Positions 38,335 to 51,308 are shown, numbered from the stretch's first letter. The stretch is 64,000 nt of DNA from Podarcis tiliguerta (GCA_965153285.1 OZ229114.1), one strand, 5' to 3'. Notes: generated by a model from the sequence alone, not told the origin. Numbers and translations are program-made.

Positions 38335-38812
38335 CAATGGCCTCCCCTGTTCCCTGCCCCTACTGACAGTCTTTTTAAATAGATTGCTATACATACCCAG
38401 TCATAAGCAAACTGAGCGTGTGACTTTCTAGCATCTTGTATATATAATAATAATTATTTATTATTTATACCCCGCCCTTCTGGCGGGGTTTCCCCAGTCA
38501 CTTGTATAATGGATTACTGTATAGTAGCGATATCAGTCCTGCTGGTTTTTAAATTTCTGATACTTAATTCATTCAGATGCAGTATATAGCATACTTACCA
38601 CTTTATCTTTTCGTTTGTGTTGTTAGATTTAAGCAAATGTTGTCCATAACTTGATTTTTTTTTAATATATAGGACATTCATTAGCATAGATTGTAATTTA
38701 AGTCAGAATGCTGACCCTCCTGAACAATGTTGAACTAGAGACTATACACAATTCTCTCATTTTTATTTTTGTTTTAAGCAAGGTAAAAAGTGAAGCGAGT
38801 TAACAACTTGCT

Positions 38813-39116
38813 TTGTTGTTTAGTCGTTTAGTCATGTCAGACTCTTCGTGACCCCATGGACCAGAGCATGCACTCCTGTCTTCCACTGCCTCCCGCAGTT
38901 TGGTCAAACTCATGCTGGTAGCTTCGAAAACACTGTCCAACCATCTCGTCCTCTGTCGTCCCCTTCTCCTCCATCTTTCCCAACATCAGGGTCTTTTCCA
39001 CGGAGTCTTCTCTTCTCATGAGGTGGCCAAAGTATTGGAGCCTCAGCTTCAGGATCTGTCCTTCCAGTGAGCACTCAGGGCTGATTTCCTTAAGAATGGA
39101 TAGGATTGATCTTTTT
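38813..39116 (-). mobile_element. BovB (RTE-clade) LINE 3' fragment
   Basis: Minus-strand translation SILKEISPECSLEGQILKLRLQYFGHLMRREDSVEKTLMLGK matches the BovB ORF C-terminus; 3' end reads ...gactaaacgactaaacaacaa. Confidence 0.9.
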
Positions 39117-39385
39117 ACTTGGATCCTGTAACCTGGACCTTTCCACGGACATAACTGCAAAATGTCACACCAATACTAGATCTAACTGTGAAAGCTGCTC
39201 ATTGAAATGAGAATACTAGATACCCTAGATGTATATGCCTATTCACTTGTGAGTAAGCTCTATTGAATGTAATGGGACTGACTTCTGATTAAGCATGCAT
39301 ACGATTATACTGGTAAAGTGTATTTTCCCTATTCCATATAGTTCTGATTCATTTTCTAAATTAAGTCTATGCATTCGATGAGTGA

Positions 39386-39746
39386 GGGTCACAGGTGGCG
39401 CTGTGGATAAAAGCCTCAGCGCCTAGGGCTTGCCGATTGAAAGGTCGGCGGTTCGAATCCCCGCGGCGGGGTGCGCTCCCGTCGCTCGGTCCCAGCGCCT
39501 GCCAACCTAGCAGTCCGAAAGCACCCCCGGGTGCAAGTAGATAAATAGGGACCGCTTACTAGCGGGAAGGTAAACGGCATTCCGTGTGCTGCACTGGCTC
39601 GCCAGAGCAGCGATGTCACGCTGGCCACGTGACCCGGAAGTGTCTTCGGACAGCGCTGGCCCTCGGCCTCTAGAGTGAGATGAGCGCACAACCCTAGAGT
39701 CTGTCAAGACTGGCCCGTGCAGGCAGGGTTACCTTTACCTTTGCTT
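39386..39746 (+). mobile_element. Full-length Sauria SINE (Squam1), young
   Basis: A-box tggcgctgtgg, B-box ggttcgaatcc, gcaagtagataaatagg core, (ACCTTT)n tail, perfect 13-bp TSD ATTCGATGAGTGA (39373-39385, 39747-39759), many intact CpGs. Confidence 0.93.
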
Positions 39747-42700
39747 ATTCGATGAGTGAATCTAGCCTTTATTACACTTGGGTCACACACACACACACTT
39801 GCATGTGCACACACAGACTGGGAGCCTCAATGGTGCCCCTCTGAAGGATTCACTGGAGCAAAAAAAACCTGGCTAGCGCCCCGCCCCCAGTAGCTGCATT
39901 ACAGCCTGACTACAATTCTTTGAAATCCTGCATGCCCAGTCCCCCTCATCTTAACTCCCAGAACTATCCTTTTAAAGAGATATTTTAATACCTGGATTTT
40001 ATTGTGCCTAGGGCTAAAACATATGACATATTTTTAAACCACTGTATTTACTATTGACTCTGAAGTCTAATCAGATGACAACTACATAGGAAGTCTGGAA
40101 AGCTAATAGCAATTGCAGGTGTCAACCCACATTTCAAGGACTTGAGAGTTCAAATGATATATACGTACCAGTAAACCACTTTGATTATCTCCTGCAGCCT
40201 TGTGTGGACAAAATAACTAACGTTACTGCCAGCTGCCTTTGAAACCTCATACCACAAACAGGAAGGCATGAAATAGTCATGTTAATAGTGAGTAAAGTGG
40301 ATCAAATCTTTTGTTTGTTTGTTTTTTGAGAAGCTGTGAAGGATGGTTAATACCCTGTCTTTCTGTGTGTATTAATGTAAGCTGAACTGATGGAAAGGTT
40401 CTTCGTATCAGATGCAATTCCCACCATACGAATGTTCCTTGAAATGGCTTACAGGCACATATGGGAGTGATGCTGCCTCCCATCCAATTGCTTGTATTGG
40501 CGGTGCATCGCCTGAGTGCCAAATCATATGCAGGTGACCAGGACATGGTTGCAAAGACTAGGCCACCAGGCAGCTCTTGCCCACCCACAGCATACAGTAT
40601 ACATGCTGTCAAAGTCCATTACGCACAGCAAGGTGCGAAGCTGCGAGTGAGACAAAGAATAAGTGTGTAATAGCACCAAGCAGCCATCCTGCTGTTGCTG
40701 CAGCTGGCTGTTCTATCTGCACCATCTTCACCCGGGAGTTGTCCCAACATAACCCCTGAACCTGCCCTCCGGAGGGGAGAGGGAAGTTTATAATTGGACT
40801 GCTTATGTAATTTGCTTGTGCGTTGGTCTTCCGCAGCATGTAAAGCTGTGGTGTTCAGAAAAAAAGAAACTTTCTAGAATTAATGAGGCTGCTGTGTAAC
40901 CTTTCAGCTGAGCATAGGATGCGATTACATCCTCTGCCGTCACTTATGGTACACTCCTCCTGCTTCTCCTCTTTGAGGCTGAAGCTGATGTGATGGCGTT
41001 GAAGGTTGTTCCTGTTCATATAGGATATGTACCAAAAGCAGAAAATACAGTGGCAAATGCATGCCATTCAAGTACATCTATTTTGCTTATCTATTTATGT
41101 TTTCAATATTTATATGGTCTGTTTGGTTGTTCTCCACAAAGGGGAGACGCAGGATGCACACTCAGCACCCTGAGAATTCCCAGTTTCCTTTTTCTTTTTA
41201 AAGCAATTTCCCCATTTTGTGTGGCTGCAGAAATTTTCTTGAAAGCATGTGGGGATAACTGGTCTTTTCTGTGGTCCGGCCGGGCAAAGCTTCAGCGTCC
41301 TGCCTAGCTCCCTGCTCTCTCCCATTACTAATGCAAACAGAATTGTGCAAAAATATGCCCATTTTACAGAATGTGTTCTGCTTCTCTTGATGCAGAATGC
41401 GTGTGATTTTTTAAAGGCTGGTTTTTGTATGCCTCTCCTACGTGTTGTACATTCTACATTCCTAAGAGTGTAAACTCTAAGGAACAGAGGGAGACTTCTG
41501 GGTAAACATGCATAGGATCCTCGGTTATCTTTGAACTGGATGTGAAAGTCATTGTCATTTTAAACAGTGGAACTATCTGAAGTATTTTGAGTAGTGCAGC
41601 TTTAATGTTTCTTGCATAGATCATGATAAATCTGAGGAGTGGAACCCGCATTACTCTTCAAATATCCACCCTGCACAGTCGCCCTGCATTATATCTGAAT
41701 GGATATGTGTAGTTTTCTTTCAAGAATATCCAAGGATGATACACCAGGATAGTCTGAAGTGTGACATCCACACCCACACACCAAATTTGATTAATCAGCC
41801 TTCTGCAAAACATTTTGCCAATATCTGCTTGGATACTTGGAGAGGTGGTGCAGTAGCTAACACAACCATAGAGGCATGATAAAGTATATCTTGCATCAGT
41901 ATCCCAGGAAACATCACACACTGTGAATGGTACCCTCTTTGGGTGGGGCTATAACTAGGCAGACAGGGCTACCCCAAGACATTTTGCTTCTTGAGGCAAA
42001 GGGCAAAATGCCCCCCTCCCCACTTTTCCATTTACAGAAGCCAACTGGACTAGCAGTTGTATTTTATTTTGATACTGGCAATGAGATGGTGCTCTTTGCC
42101 AAACACGAGGGTGCAACAGGCTAGTTATGAGTGTGCAGGGCAACCATTGCTTCCAGTATCTGCCACCTGATGCAGTTGCCTCATTTCAGTTATGCCTAGT
42201 GGCAGGGATGGCCCTGCAGGGCAGGTTCCCTTTTAATTTTCTCCGTTTGAAAACAAAAAGAGCACAGGCACTTCAGTATACCTCACCAAAATAAATCTGG
42301 TGTTTGGTTGAGCCTAATTAGCTGCACTGTCGGAAGGCGCTCCAGAAAAAAAACTGTCACTGCACTAATTAGTCTACTATAAAAACACACCAAGAAACAC
42401 ATTAAAGGGTGGGTCAGGGGAATTGGTTGAGGTGCAAGAATGGGTGGCCTGTTGTGCCCGTTACCAGACTGTGGATCTCTGAGACTAGATGAGTAATGTT
42501 TTAATTTAGAGATTGCCAACTGAAAACAGGGGGAAGTCATTTGCTATGCCAAAGCTTTCCATTATCCAGTGCACTGATTTGATCTATCTGAATGATGACA
42601 AATACAGAAACACACTACATTAATCAAACCTGCATTAGAAAATGGAAACATCTTATTTTGCAGTCTTGTGCCCGGATTGCTAAATGGAGAGACTATAAAG

Positions 42701-44590
42701 TCTGAGATGCATTGCAAGAACAGAAATTTTAATTCCACAGCGGGGATTTTCAGATTTGCTGTTGAATTAATGTTTACCTAGGAGTAAGTCATACTGCTTT
42801 CCAATGCAGCATGCTCTTAATACGGTTTGTAGGACAGAAACATTGATGCCTGTACGATTTTGCTCTTTATGCTCCTGCTGTAAGCTTACACAGAAAGTTA
42901 TTCCAGAACTTTGTGCTGTAAACTGAGCCAAATGTATATGAGCAGCATGCGAACCATTTATGTAGGATAGCCTACATCAGTTTAAAATTGGAAAGTGATG
43001 CTAGTAAAGTGAGCGTCACCAAATTTCAGAAGGGTTTCATGGCTGAGAGTTTTGTATGGAGCTTCTGTGGGCAAAATATTGGTTTTGGTGATAGATAAAA
43101 AGACGTTACCATAAATTGATTCTTGGACATTTTCATACGGACAAATATTACCGTACTGAGTAAAACTTTCCTTTATTTCCCCTTTGGGTAGCTTTGGTGA
43201 AAAATTGCATGTTAAGTAAGATGTATGCCTCTGAACTTGCTTTCGTCTTCCAAATCCTGAATATGATTTTATTTTATTTTTACTGATGTATACCAACAGT
43301 TTTCTTGAGGGTTTTTGATTCATCAGCATGCCACGCTTTGCTTCTTCTGCCCATTTTGTTTGTTTTTCTTGCTTGTTTTTCTTTAATTTTAAATAAGAAG
43401 ATGCACTACCAACAAAAATGAACTCCTGAGTCATAAGCACCTTATTTGGAAGTAAAGAGCCATTAATCCCAATGCTCACTTCCAAGTCAATGTGCTTACT
43501 ATCATAGGCTGAGTAGTCCGACCAAGATGAATAGTGTCAAGAAACCTGTTTAGCATGTGGTGAATGATGCTACACTTACGGGTCTCGCTGCTCAGCAGAA
43601 GAAATGTCCTACACATGAAATTGCTGTTCTGTAGGGTCATGGATGAATCCAGATTAGTCCTGGATTTTGCTCTTCTTAAAGCAAAATCCAAGGACACCAA
43701 ACATGATTTATTTACCCCTTCTGACACTTTAACTACACTCTCCTACTTCTGTTTTCTAAGAGTAGAATAGGGGTGCAATGATGGGTAAGAAACCAGGGTC
43801 TGTGAATTAGACCAGGTATGTAGCAATCAGACTTAAAGGTTTATTTGGGGTGGTGGAATAACATTTCAGAGCTTGCAGTGTTACTGCTCAGGTGTCGGCT
43901 TCCCCCTCCTTCTATCATCACCACCTCCCAAGTGCCCACATTCATACCAGTTAAAACATGTTTGCATACATGTGTCTTCCCTTCAGACCTTGCAGAAAAG
44001 GGTAGGGTTGGCATGCTATGGAAATGCAGGGCTCGTTTTCCCTACAGTTTCTAAAGCCAAGAGGTTATAGGGTAGGACGGGGGAGGTGATCAGGAATGAG
44101 GAGTTGCCCACTGTGGCCAAGAGAATTCAAATGGCTCAAAGAAGGTTGCAGATGGCTCTGCCCAGCTGAGGTGCTTCCCTATGTTGTCCTCTGACCCCAC
44201 TCATAATTTGGGACATCTCTTATTTTTATAAATTGGTCTCTGAGGCAGATGTGGAAAAACTGCACTGGCTTGAAGTTCCATCTGTCCTACCACACAGGGC
44301 ACAAATAGCAAGAGAGAGATGTGAGACTCTGGCTTTTTAGGTAGTGTCTGCCGGACTGAAGTGTGACTTGTGACAATAATCTATGGAATGGCCTGTTTTT
44401 AGGAAAACATGGAAATAACCGGCCTCCAGTGGGAGATGAGCTGGAGGAGGCTTGTGAAGTCTCCTCTCCCCTGACTCTGGACCTCATGAGGGATAGGCAG
44501 TGCTTTAATTTCTAAGCAAAGGAGAAGCCGGGCCTCAAGTCTAGCTGGAAGCAACCTCTTGTCCTTCATCCTTGCCATCTATGGTGGGCT

Positions 44591-44777
44591 ATAGGAGCCA
44601 ACTCCTAGGGGCCATGAGGGCTTTGGCCCCCACAATAAAATATTTGAGGGGGCTTGGCCCCCACAGTTGATGGGCATTCCCATTCAAATGATATGTGTGC
44701 ACTGTGTCATGTGATCGTTTATGTGTGGTGGGGCTTACCTGGGCCCCCACAATATTTTATTCAAATTGGCACCCCTG
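44591..44777. mobile_element. Possible degraded hAT-type MITE
   Basis: Degenerate termini (ataggagccaact / aattggcacccctg) with a thrice-repeated ggcccccaca motif; no clear TSD. Confidence 0.35.
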
Positions 44778-47104
44778 CAGTGCACTCAGGCTTTGCAGTC
44801 AGTGACAAGGGAAGATGGCACCCTAAACAGGTCCCAGGACCCCTTTGACCCACTCCTCCTTCATCCCTGCCTGGGCTCCCATGAAACTCCAGGTGTAAGT
44901 TAAGAAGGAAAGTCCCAGCCTTGGGACTGGAGGCGTGGAAGGAGGAAAGCCTTTGCTAAGTGTAACGGGATAGGGTAACCTCTAGCCTGCCTCTACCCTT
45001 AGCTGTTGGACCACGCTGGCTGGGGCTGATGGGACTTGAGCATCCCTGGTTTAGTGAGACAGTTCTAGCGTCAGCCTTCCCACGTCCCCGGCCGCTGTCT
45101 GCTTGGCATCCAGCGCCGCTCATCCTTCTCCTCCTCCGGAGGAAACTGGTTTCGAGTTTAGGTGGCTGAAGAAGATTCCGCTCGACTTGGGAGGGCCACC
45201 GTGGGAAAACCCGGATGGCCCTTCTCGCTGGGAAGCCGAGAGACCGGAGCTCCTTGCAAATCTCTCTCTAGGAGTGTCAAAAAGCCCCCGGAGGCGGCGC
45301 AAGTGTAGGTGGCTGGGGGGACCCCGCCGTTCCTCCCCTACGCGCGCCTTCCTTTTGCCCCACGGTCTCCAGGTTAAGGCGAAAAGGAAATGGCAAAGCG
45401 AGCCCTGATAATGAGCAGATGAATAAACGTGCGAGAAACGCCTCTTGGCCACCCCGCCACCCCTCCCCACCTTTTCCTTGGCTCCTTCAAAGACGCCAAA
45501 ACAACCTGCTCTCCAGAAACCGCCGGGGCTGGAAGGAAGACGATCCGCGCCCCAAGTAGCGAGTGAAGGGCTTGGCAGTTTTGAAACAATGAGAAACGTG
45601 GATCGGAAGTTGGGTTTAAGTGGCTTAGAGGGGATTAGGGCTTCAAATTGGCGGTGGGGCCCGGCGCTTTCCTGCGAGAGTCACGCCGCCTTTTAAAAGA
45701 TTACGCGCAGATTTGACAGCAGCTCCGGCTGGATATTATGAGCCGAGCAAAGGCAGCTGGAAGGAGCGGGGGTGGAGGTCCCTCCCGAGGGATTTTATTT
45801 TATTTTATCGCATTTTATTTTATTTTAACCCGGCTCCTTCTGTTCCTCGCCTCCAGTTTACATGTTCCGGTACTTTTCATAAAGGCTACTTTTGAAGCGT
45901 GTTGTGGGAAGAGCAGGGCGTACAGAGGCATTGGAACGAACATTCCTATTCCACTTAGACGCGTTTTAATTTTGGTATGAAAAGCATACCCCCGTTAAAA
46001 CGAGGGAGAGGTGCCCAACAATTTTTCTGATTGACACGTATTTCGATTGCATTATCTGTGGAACTTGAGTGATCACTTTCCCCCGCTTTAAGGTGTAAGA
46101 ACAGCGTTTGTAAACGGAGGCTTTGTAAGGCGGAGCGCTGAAATGCGCCCTTCCCCAAAAGGGGTACTAAGCTGTGTTCTGTGTTGCATCAAAAAAACAC
46201 AGCAGTGCCTTGTGGCAAGCTTAAAAGTACTCAACAAATGAAGATATTTCTTAATAGCGCAGGAAGGTGTGGGAATCGATCCTACGTGAAAAATGGACAT
46301 ATGAATTTAGAACCGCAAGAGGTCCACAAAATAAGAACCAATTTCTTTCTATTTGGTGTGATTTTATTGTTGTTCACATTAATGACACAGAGCATAGACA
46401 ATCTCCCGCCCTCCATGAATAGCTGTGGAAAAGACGATGAAATAGAAATAGAGGCAGAGCTTTACAAACGAAGGTTCTCTGGAAATGCAGCTCATCTCCC
46501 CCTGGAAAATGAGGGGTATCCATGCCAGTCGGGTTTTTATTTGTATAGACGTGTTTTATAACGTCTCCGTATTTTATCGAAAGTCTGAAGTGCATTTCTG
46601 AAATCTCTCGGCCCCCTCTAGGTCCCGCCTTCGTGCCTGTTTTCTGTGATTGACTTCCTTCTATGCTCGATTTTGCCTATTTACTTATTTATTTCGCGCC
46701 CTTCACCAGGGAGGGTGGGTTATGCGATACATTTTGTGGCATAAACTGCTGTGGGCCAAAGCCCAGCTCGTTAGCATTAGCGGATGTTACATTTGATGAA
46801 TCTCATACCATTAGAAATTGGGTCTTTAGGCGGCCCCGAGGGGCTCTCTGCCTTGAAAAAACGGGGGATTAATTTTTTTTAATGGCTTGCTTTAAAATGA
46901 CGAAAGAAGCAGATTTCCATTTTTTCGTTTGCTTCCTTCCTCGTGTTGTGCATCTTGAGTACTTCCTAACGCGGGATGAAAGTTGGTGGTCGAAGGAGAC
47001 GGGGTAAAATCGCCACGTCCATTGGGAGCGAGAGGAAACTCCACACCCCAGAGGCCCTTAACGTCACTTTGTGTGTGTCCCCCTCTCCCCCCTCCCCACT
47101 TCAG

Positions 47105-47217
47105 CTTTTGGATCTCTTCATGGTGTGGGATTGGTCGACTTACCTAGCAGACTACGGGCAGCCCAGCTCCAAGTACCTGCGCGTCAATCCAACCACCGCC
47201 TTGGCCCTCCTGGAGAA
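47105..47217 (+). CDS. EXOC6: EXOC6 penultimate constitutive coding exon, 113 nt, phase 0/2
   Basis: C-rich tract + cttcag|CTT; LLDLFMVWDWSTYLADYGQPSSKYLRVNPTTALALLE plus AA; |gtgagt donor. Preceded by a 26.8 kb intron. Confidence 0.96.
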
Positions 47218-48299
47218 GTGAGTCACACACAGCCCTCCTCCTCCTCCTCCTCTAGCCATCTATTTCTGCAGGCGCTATCAGGAGACCAATGCCTTGCAGG
47301 AGAGCGAATGCTAGGGCACCCCGCCCCCCCCAGGACACGCATAGGGAAAGGTTAGGTTGTAACCCAAATGCCAGCGCTTAGGTGCCGCCTGTCCCTTTGC
47401 AAACGGGGAAATGCTTCTTTTAGTTTTAACAGCTCCATCCGGATCTCTCGTGATTAGGACTGGACACTATCTGCATCTTCCCGCTTAGGAAATTTGCCCA
47501 TCCTAAATTTCCTCGGACGGACGGGTCCCCTTTCATTGGCGCCCCCAAAAGAAGCCCACGCAAGTTGGCAAAGTGTGGGATAGATCTCGGAGCAATTGGT
47601 AAACGTCCTGATTTTCAGGACCTTTTGGTTTAAAGTCATTCCAAAAATATGTAATTACTCTTTTTGAGACAGACAGACAGAGAGAAACCTGCAGCAAAAA
47701 CGCCCACACAAATGTGACTAAACTGCAGTATTAAAAATTATTCTTTTCAGTATGGGGTCTTTGCTTGCGTTGCGCTATGCAAAATTCCCATCACCAACCT
47801 CCCCGTTCAAGGAGTCCACGTGTTTTGATTTAACCGGATAGTAGATCAGATTGCTACAAAAAAGTTGATCTATTTGATCCAGTGTGCCCCCCCCCCCCAA
47901 GTGCAGGCAGGCCTTGGCTGAGGATCTAACTTTGATCGAGAGAGGGAGAGGGAGAAAGATGGATGCCTCCACAGTCTAGCTGTTCCAAGGATCGCGGCAG
48001 CTGCCTTGAAAATGGGCAGGCTTCACCTGGGACTACGTCCCTCTGAGCTGAATGGTACTTACCGGTACGTCTGAGCAAACCTCTTTAGGCTGAAGCAGCG
48101 AGGCTCTCTGGAAGCTTCAGCCTCGCCGCAAATGCGGAATAGCAAAGAGCGTTTAGGAGTCAAGGCACACCGCTTGCAGCTACACCCTGAAATGTAAAGG
48201 CGTTATAAATATTTAGCTGTGCCTTAAACTACCCCCTTCCTTTCTAACTGTTGATTTGTTTTCTTTCTTTCCCCCTCTCAACGCCCCAACGTTTTGCAG

Positions 48300-48311
48300 A
48301 GTCCACAGAGG
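48300..48311 (+). CDS. EXOC6: Candidate alternative 12-nt microexon of EXOC6 (adds VHRG), phase 2/2
   Basis: Branch point ctaac (48244-48248), long pyrimidine tract, ttttgcag|AGTCCACAGAGG|gtatgt. Spliced between the flanking exons it gives ...LLEK-VHRG-MKD... with frame preserved and no stop. Confidence 0.75.
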
Positions 48312-49034
48312 GTATGTATTTTTGTGCTTTTTTGGTTTTACTTCTACTGTCACTCCGAATTTATTCCTTTTGGTATTAAACCACCCAAGGTTCCGCTTCG
48401 AAGAGATTAATAGGAAGGCTGCCTAAAACAAACAACCAAACAAAAAACAACTCAAGCCAAACTAAAGTGTCTTAATGGTTACAAGAAGTTGCCCATATAC
48501 GAGTTACAATGAACTGCATTCTGCTCCTTCTACAAGTAACTTAAATAACAACTGATTGTAACAGAATTCCTTTTGCTTCCATGGATACTTCCACACATCT
48601 ATAATATTTAGGGTAGCCTCCATCCCCCCCCCTTTTTTTTTTAAGTCCTGTTTGCACTGGAAATTCCTGCTTTGTCATCCCAGCTCAGAATTTTCAGATT
48701 TGGAAAATGAACTCAGGTCCCGGAAAGTTTATGCCATCCTAAAATATTTTAGCCTTTGAAGTTCACGGGTCTCTCTGTTGTTTTCGCCTAGACTGCTCTT
48801 TCCGCCGTTCGGATTGGAAGAAAATCGGATTAAGCTGGTGCCGTAAACTCGGCTGCTTGAGAACCTCAAAGGTTCCGAGCGCGTCGTTTTTTGCGCATTT
48901 GGGTGGGGTGCTGCGGGCATTAAACCCTTTGCGTTGGGAACGAACGCAAATGAGGAGGAAATTTGGGCTTCTTTTGAAAACGAACGAACTAACTTAAATT
49001 CTGTTTCTTTCCTCTTCTCCCGTTCTGCTTTCAG

Positions 49035-49164
49035 AATGAAAGACGTGAAGAAGAACAACATCTTCGCCCAGTTCAGGAAGAACGACCGCGACAAGCAGAA
49101 GCTCATCGAGACGGTGGTGAGGCAGCTGCGAGGCTTGGTGAACGGGATGTCCCAGCACTCCTGA
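49035..49164 (+). CDS. EXOC6: EXOC6 terminal coding exon (CDS part)
   Basis: tttcag|A completes the split codon; MKDVKKNNIFAQFRKNDRDKQKLIETVVRQLRGLVNGMSQHS*. The C-terminal LVNGMSQH is EXOC6-type, not EXOC6B-type. Confidence 0.96.
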
Positions 49165-50275
49165 ACGCCGGGCGTTTTTGGAGACCGGCGGGCGCAGGCC
49201 GAAAACTAAGCCTGCGTCTCCCCGGTTAGGGTCCTTGCTCCATGGACAACTGGAAAAGATGCTGTGAAAGGGACCGGCCTATGGAAACAGCCGGAGAGAA
49301 CCTGAGCGTCTGCACTGCTGTCAATTAATGCTATCTTAACAACAACAACTTGTAAAAGGAAAACAAAACAAACCACACACAGACATACATTAGTAGGGGT
49401 GGAATAGGGCTGTATATTTACCAAGGCAAAATGCCAAATTGTACATGCAACAGTGGGATTGTAAATAACTTTCTTTGCGGTCTGCGGGCAATGCCTCAAG
49501 ATTCCCCCCTCCCCTTTTCCAAATGACTTGGTGGGGGTGAGATTGCCACGCAATCCGCCTGTGCTGCTCCCTACACTAACCCCGAGGTCATGTTTCAAGG
49601 AACTTTTTCTGTTTCAATAGTTGCCTGTCTCTCTAGATATAAATATAAATATATAATATATATATTTACACACACTCTCCTGTATTATTTGTAAATTATT
49701 AGCCTTAAGTGATCCAACAGGTTTTCTATACCAGATTTTCTTCCTTCTTTCTTTTCTTTTCTTTTTTTGTAGTGGGGGCAAAAAAGGAGAGGGTTTTCTT
49801 TTTTTTGTAGAAGCCTTTCCAAACTACCTGAATCAAAACTCCGGCCTTGGTGGTCTTTGAACAACTGGACTTTTCTCGGGTATTTGAGCGACGGGACTTT
49901 TATATACAATTCTTAAACCCCCCGCGGCGGCGCCCCCCCCCCCAGTTTCCTCTGCCTGCGTAAGGGATAAGGCAGCGCGATGCCAATGTTGTGCGTGTAG
50001 TTGTGTAGGTAGGTCTGTGTGTGTCCATCTGGGTGTTTCTAGGACTAGCTATTCCCCACCCCACTCCGTTCCCCTCAGTTTTCAACTTCTGCACTGGAGC
50101 AGCCTCGTTCGAAACGCAAAGCGAATGTATCCTAAATTCCAAAAAAACCAAATGAACCGAGGGACTTGCATCAAGAATGTATCTTTCTTTCCTTCTTTTC
50201 ATGCGCTCCGTGTATTAAGTTATTTGGACAGTCCCGAATACAGTAATATAAACCTTACCCTCCCTTTGGTGTGGC
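49165..50275 (+). other. EXOC6: Probable EXOC6 3' UTR (3' end approximate)
   Basis: Follows the stop codon and contains AU-rich/UGUA segments. The end is inferred from variant poly(A) hexamers followed by a GU/U-rich tract. Confidence 0.55.
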
Positions 50276-50292
50276 TTGTTTCATTTTTTTTC
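50237..50292 (+). terminator. Candidate non-canonical EXOC6 polyadenylation signal region
   Basis: AATACA (50237-50242) and AATATA/TATAAA (50245-50252), followed by ggtgtggcttgtttcatttttttt. The first canonical AATAAA I found after the stop is at 51959. Confidence 0.35.
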
Positions 50293-51014
50293 TAATGGGG
50301 GAATGCTGCGTCTCGGCCTGCTGGACCTTCTCTCATCGGGGTTTCGATCAAACGAATCTCTCCTTCTGACTTCGGCTCAGGCACAGTCGAGATCGTCGGC
50401 GCCCTCGGATCTTCCTTGCCTGTCCAGGCGGCCTCTACGGTTTGTGGGAGCAGCAGCCGCGATTTCAAGGAGTGTGCAACCGGGGAAGATTTTTTCCCCT
50501 CCCAGCCAAGTCCACCAGCCTTGGAGATGCGACCGGAAAGTCAGGGCACCTCGGAGCATCTTGCTTATTTTCTCTCTCTCTTTTCTTCCCACTCTTTTCT
50601 CATTAGAGGAGACAAGATTGAAGCTGCATTCAATCGTGCATTGTTTAGGGAGGAACTCTGGGGGTGTTGGGTTGTGCCTTTTTTTTTTAAAGGAAGGGAT
50701 GGGGGCAGCTGCCGGGAGGATCAATCGGAGCCGAAGACAGAGAGCTGTCGCTTCGGGTTTGCTGGCCAAGACCGATGGCCCCCAAAGGGCATGGACGGGG
50801 CCAGCCTGGCCTCATCCTCGGAGGGTTTGATCTGCCCTGCGACAAGGCCTCTGCAGCCCACCTTTCCTCATGAGGCAGCCGGGTAAGTTCTTTTGCTTCT
50901 TAGCGAGGGAGGTCTGCAGATCTGGCTAAAAAGGGGGCCGGTAGTTTGCTGCTGAAGTTCCAGCAATTGGGGGGCGGAATTGGGAATGAGAGGGTCGAAT
51001 GGACAACGAAGCTA

Positions 51015-51308
51015 TTCAGGGCAGATCAAAGGAAGTGCCTCTTCACGCCGCGCAAGGATGAGCTATGGAACTCGCTTCCACAGGAGGCAGCGGTGACCTC
51101 TATGGCTTTAAAAGAGGACTAGACAAATTCTAAGTTGCCGATGGCTACTAGCCATGATGGCTGTGCTCTGCGCAATGCTTCTGAATACCAGTTGCTGGAA
51201 ACCATAGGAGGGGAGAGGGTTCTTGTGCTTGCTGGTTTCCCACAGGCATCTGGTTGGCCACTGTGAGAACAGGCTTTCGACCAGGCCCCTAATTGCTCTT
51301 ATATGCTA
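51015..51308 (+). mobile_element. Degraded CR1 LINE 3' fragment
   Basis: aaaggaagtgcctcttcac...ctatggaactcgcttccacagga...ggctttaaaagaggactagacaaattc...ttggccactgtgagaacagg; homologous to 23958-24465. Confidence 0.7.
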
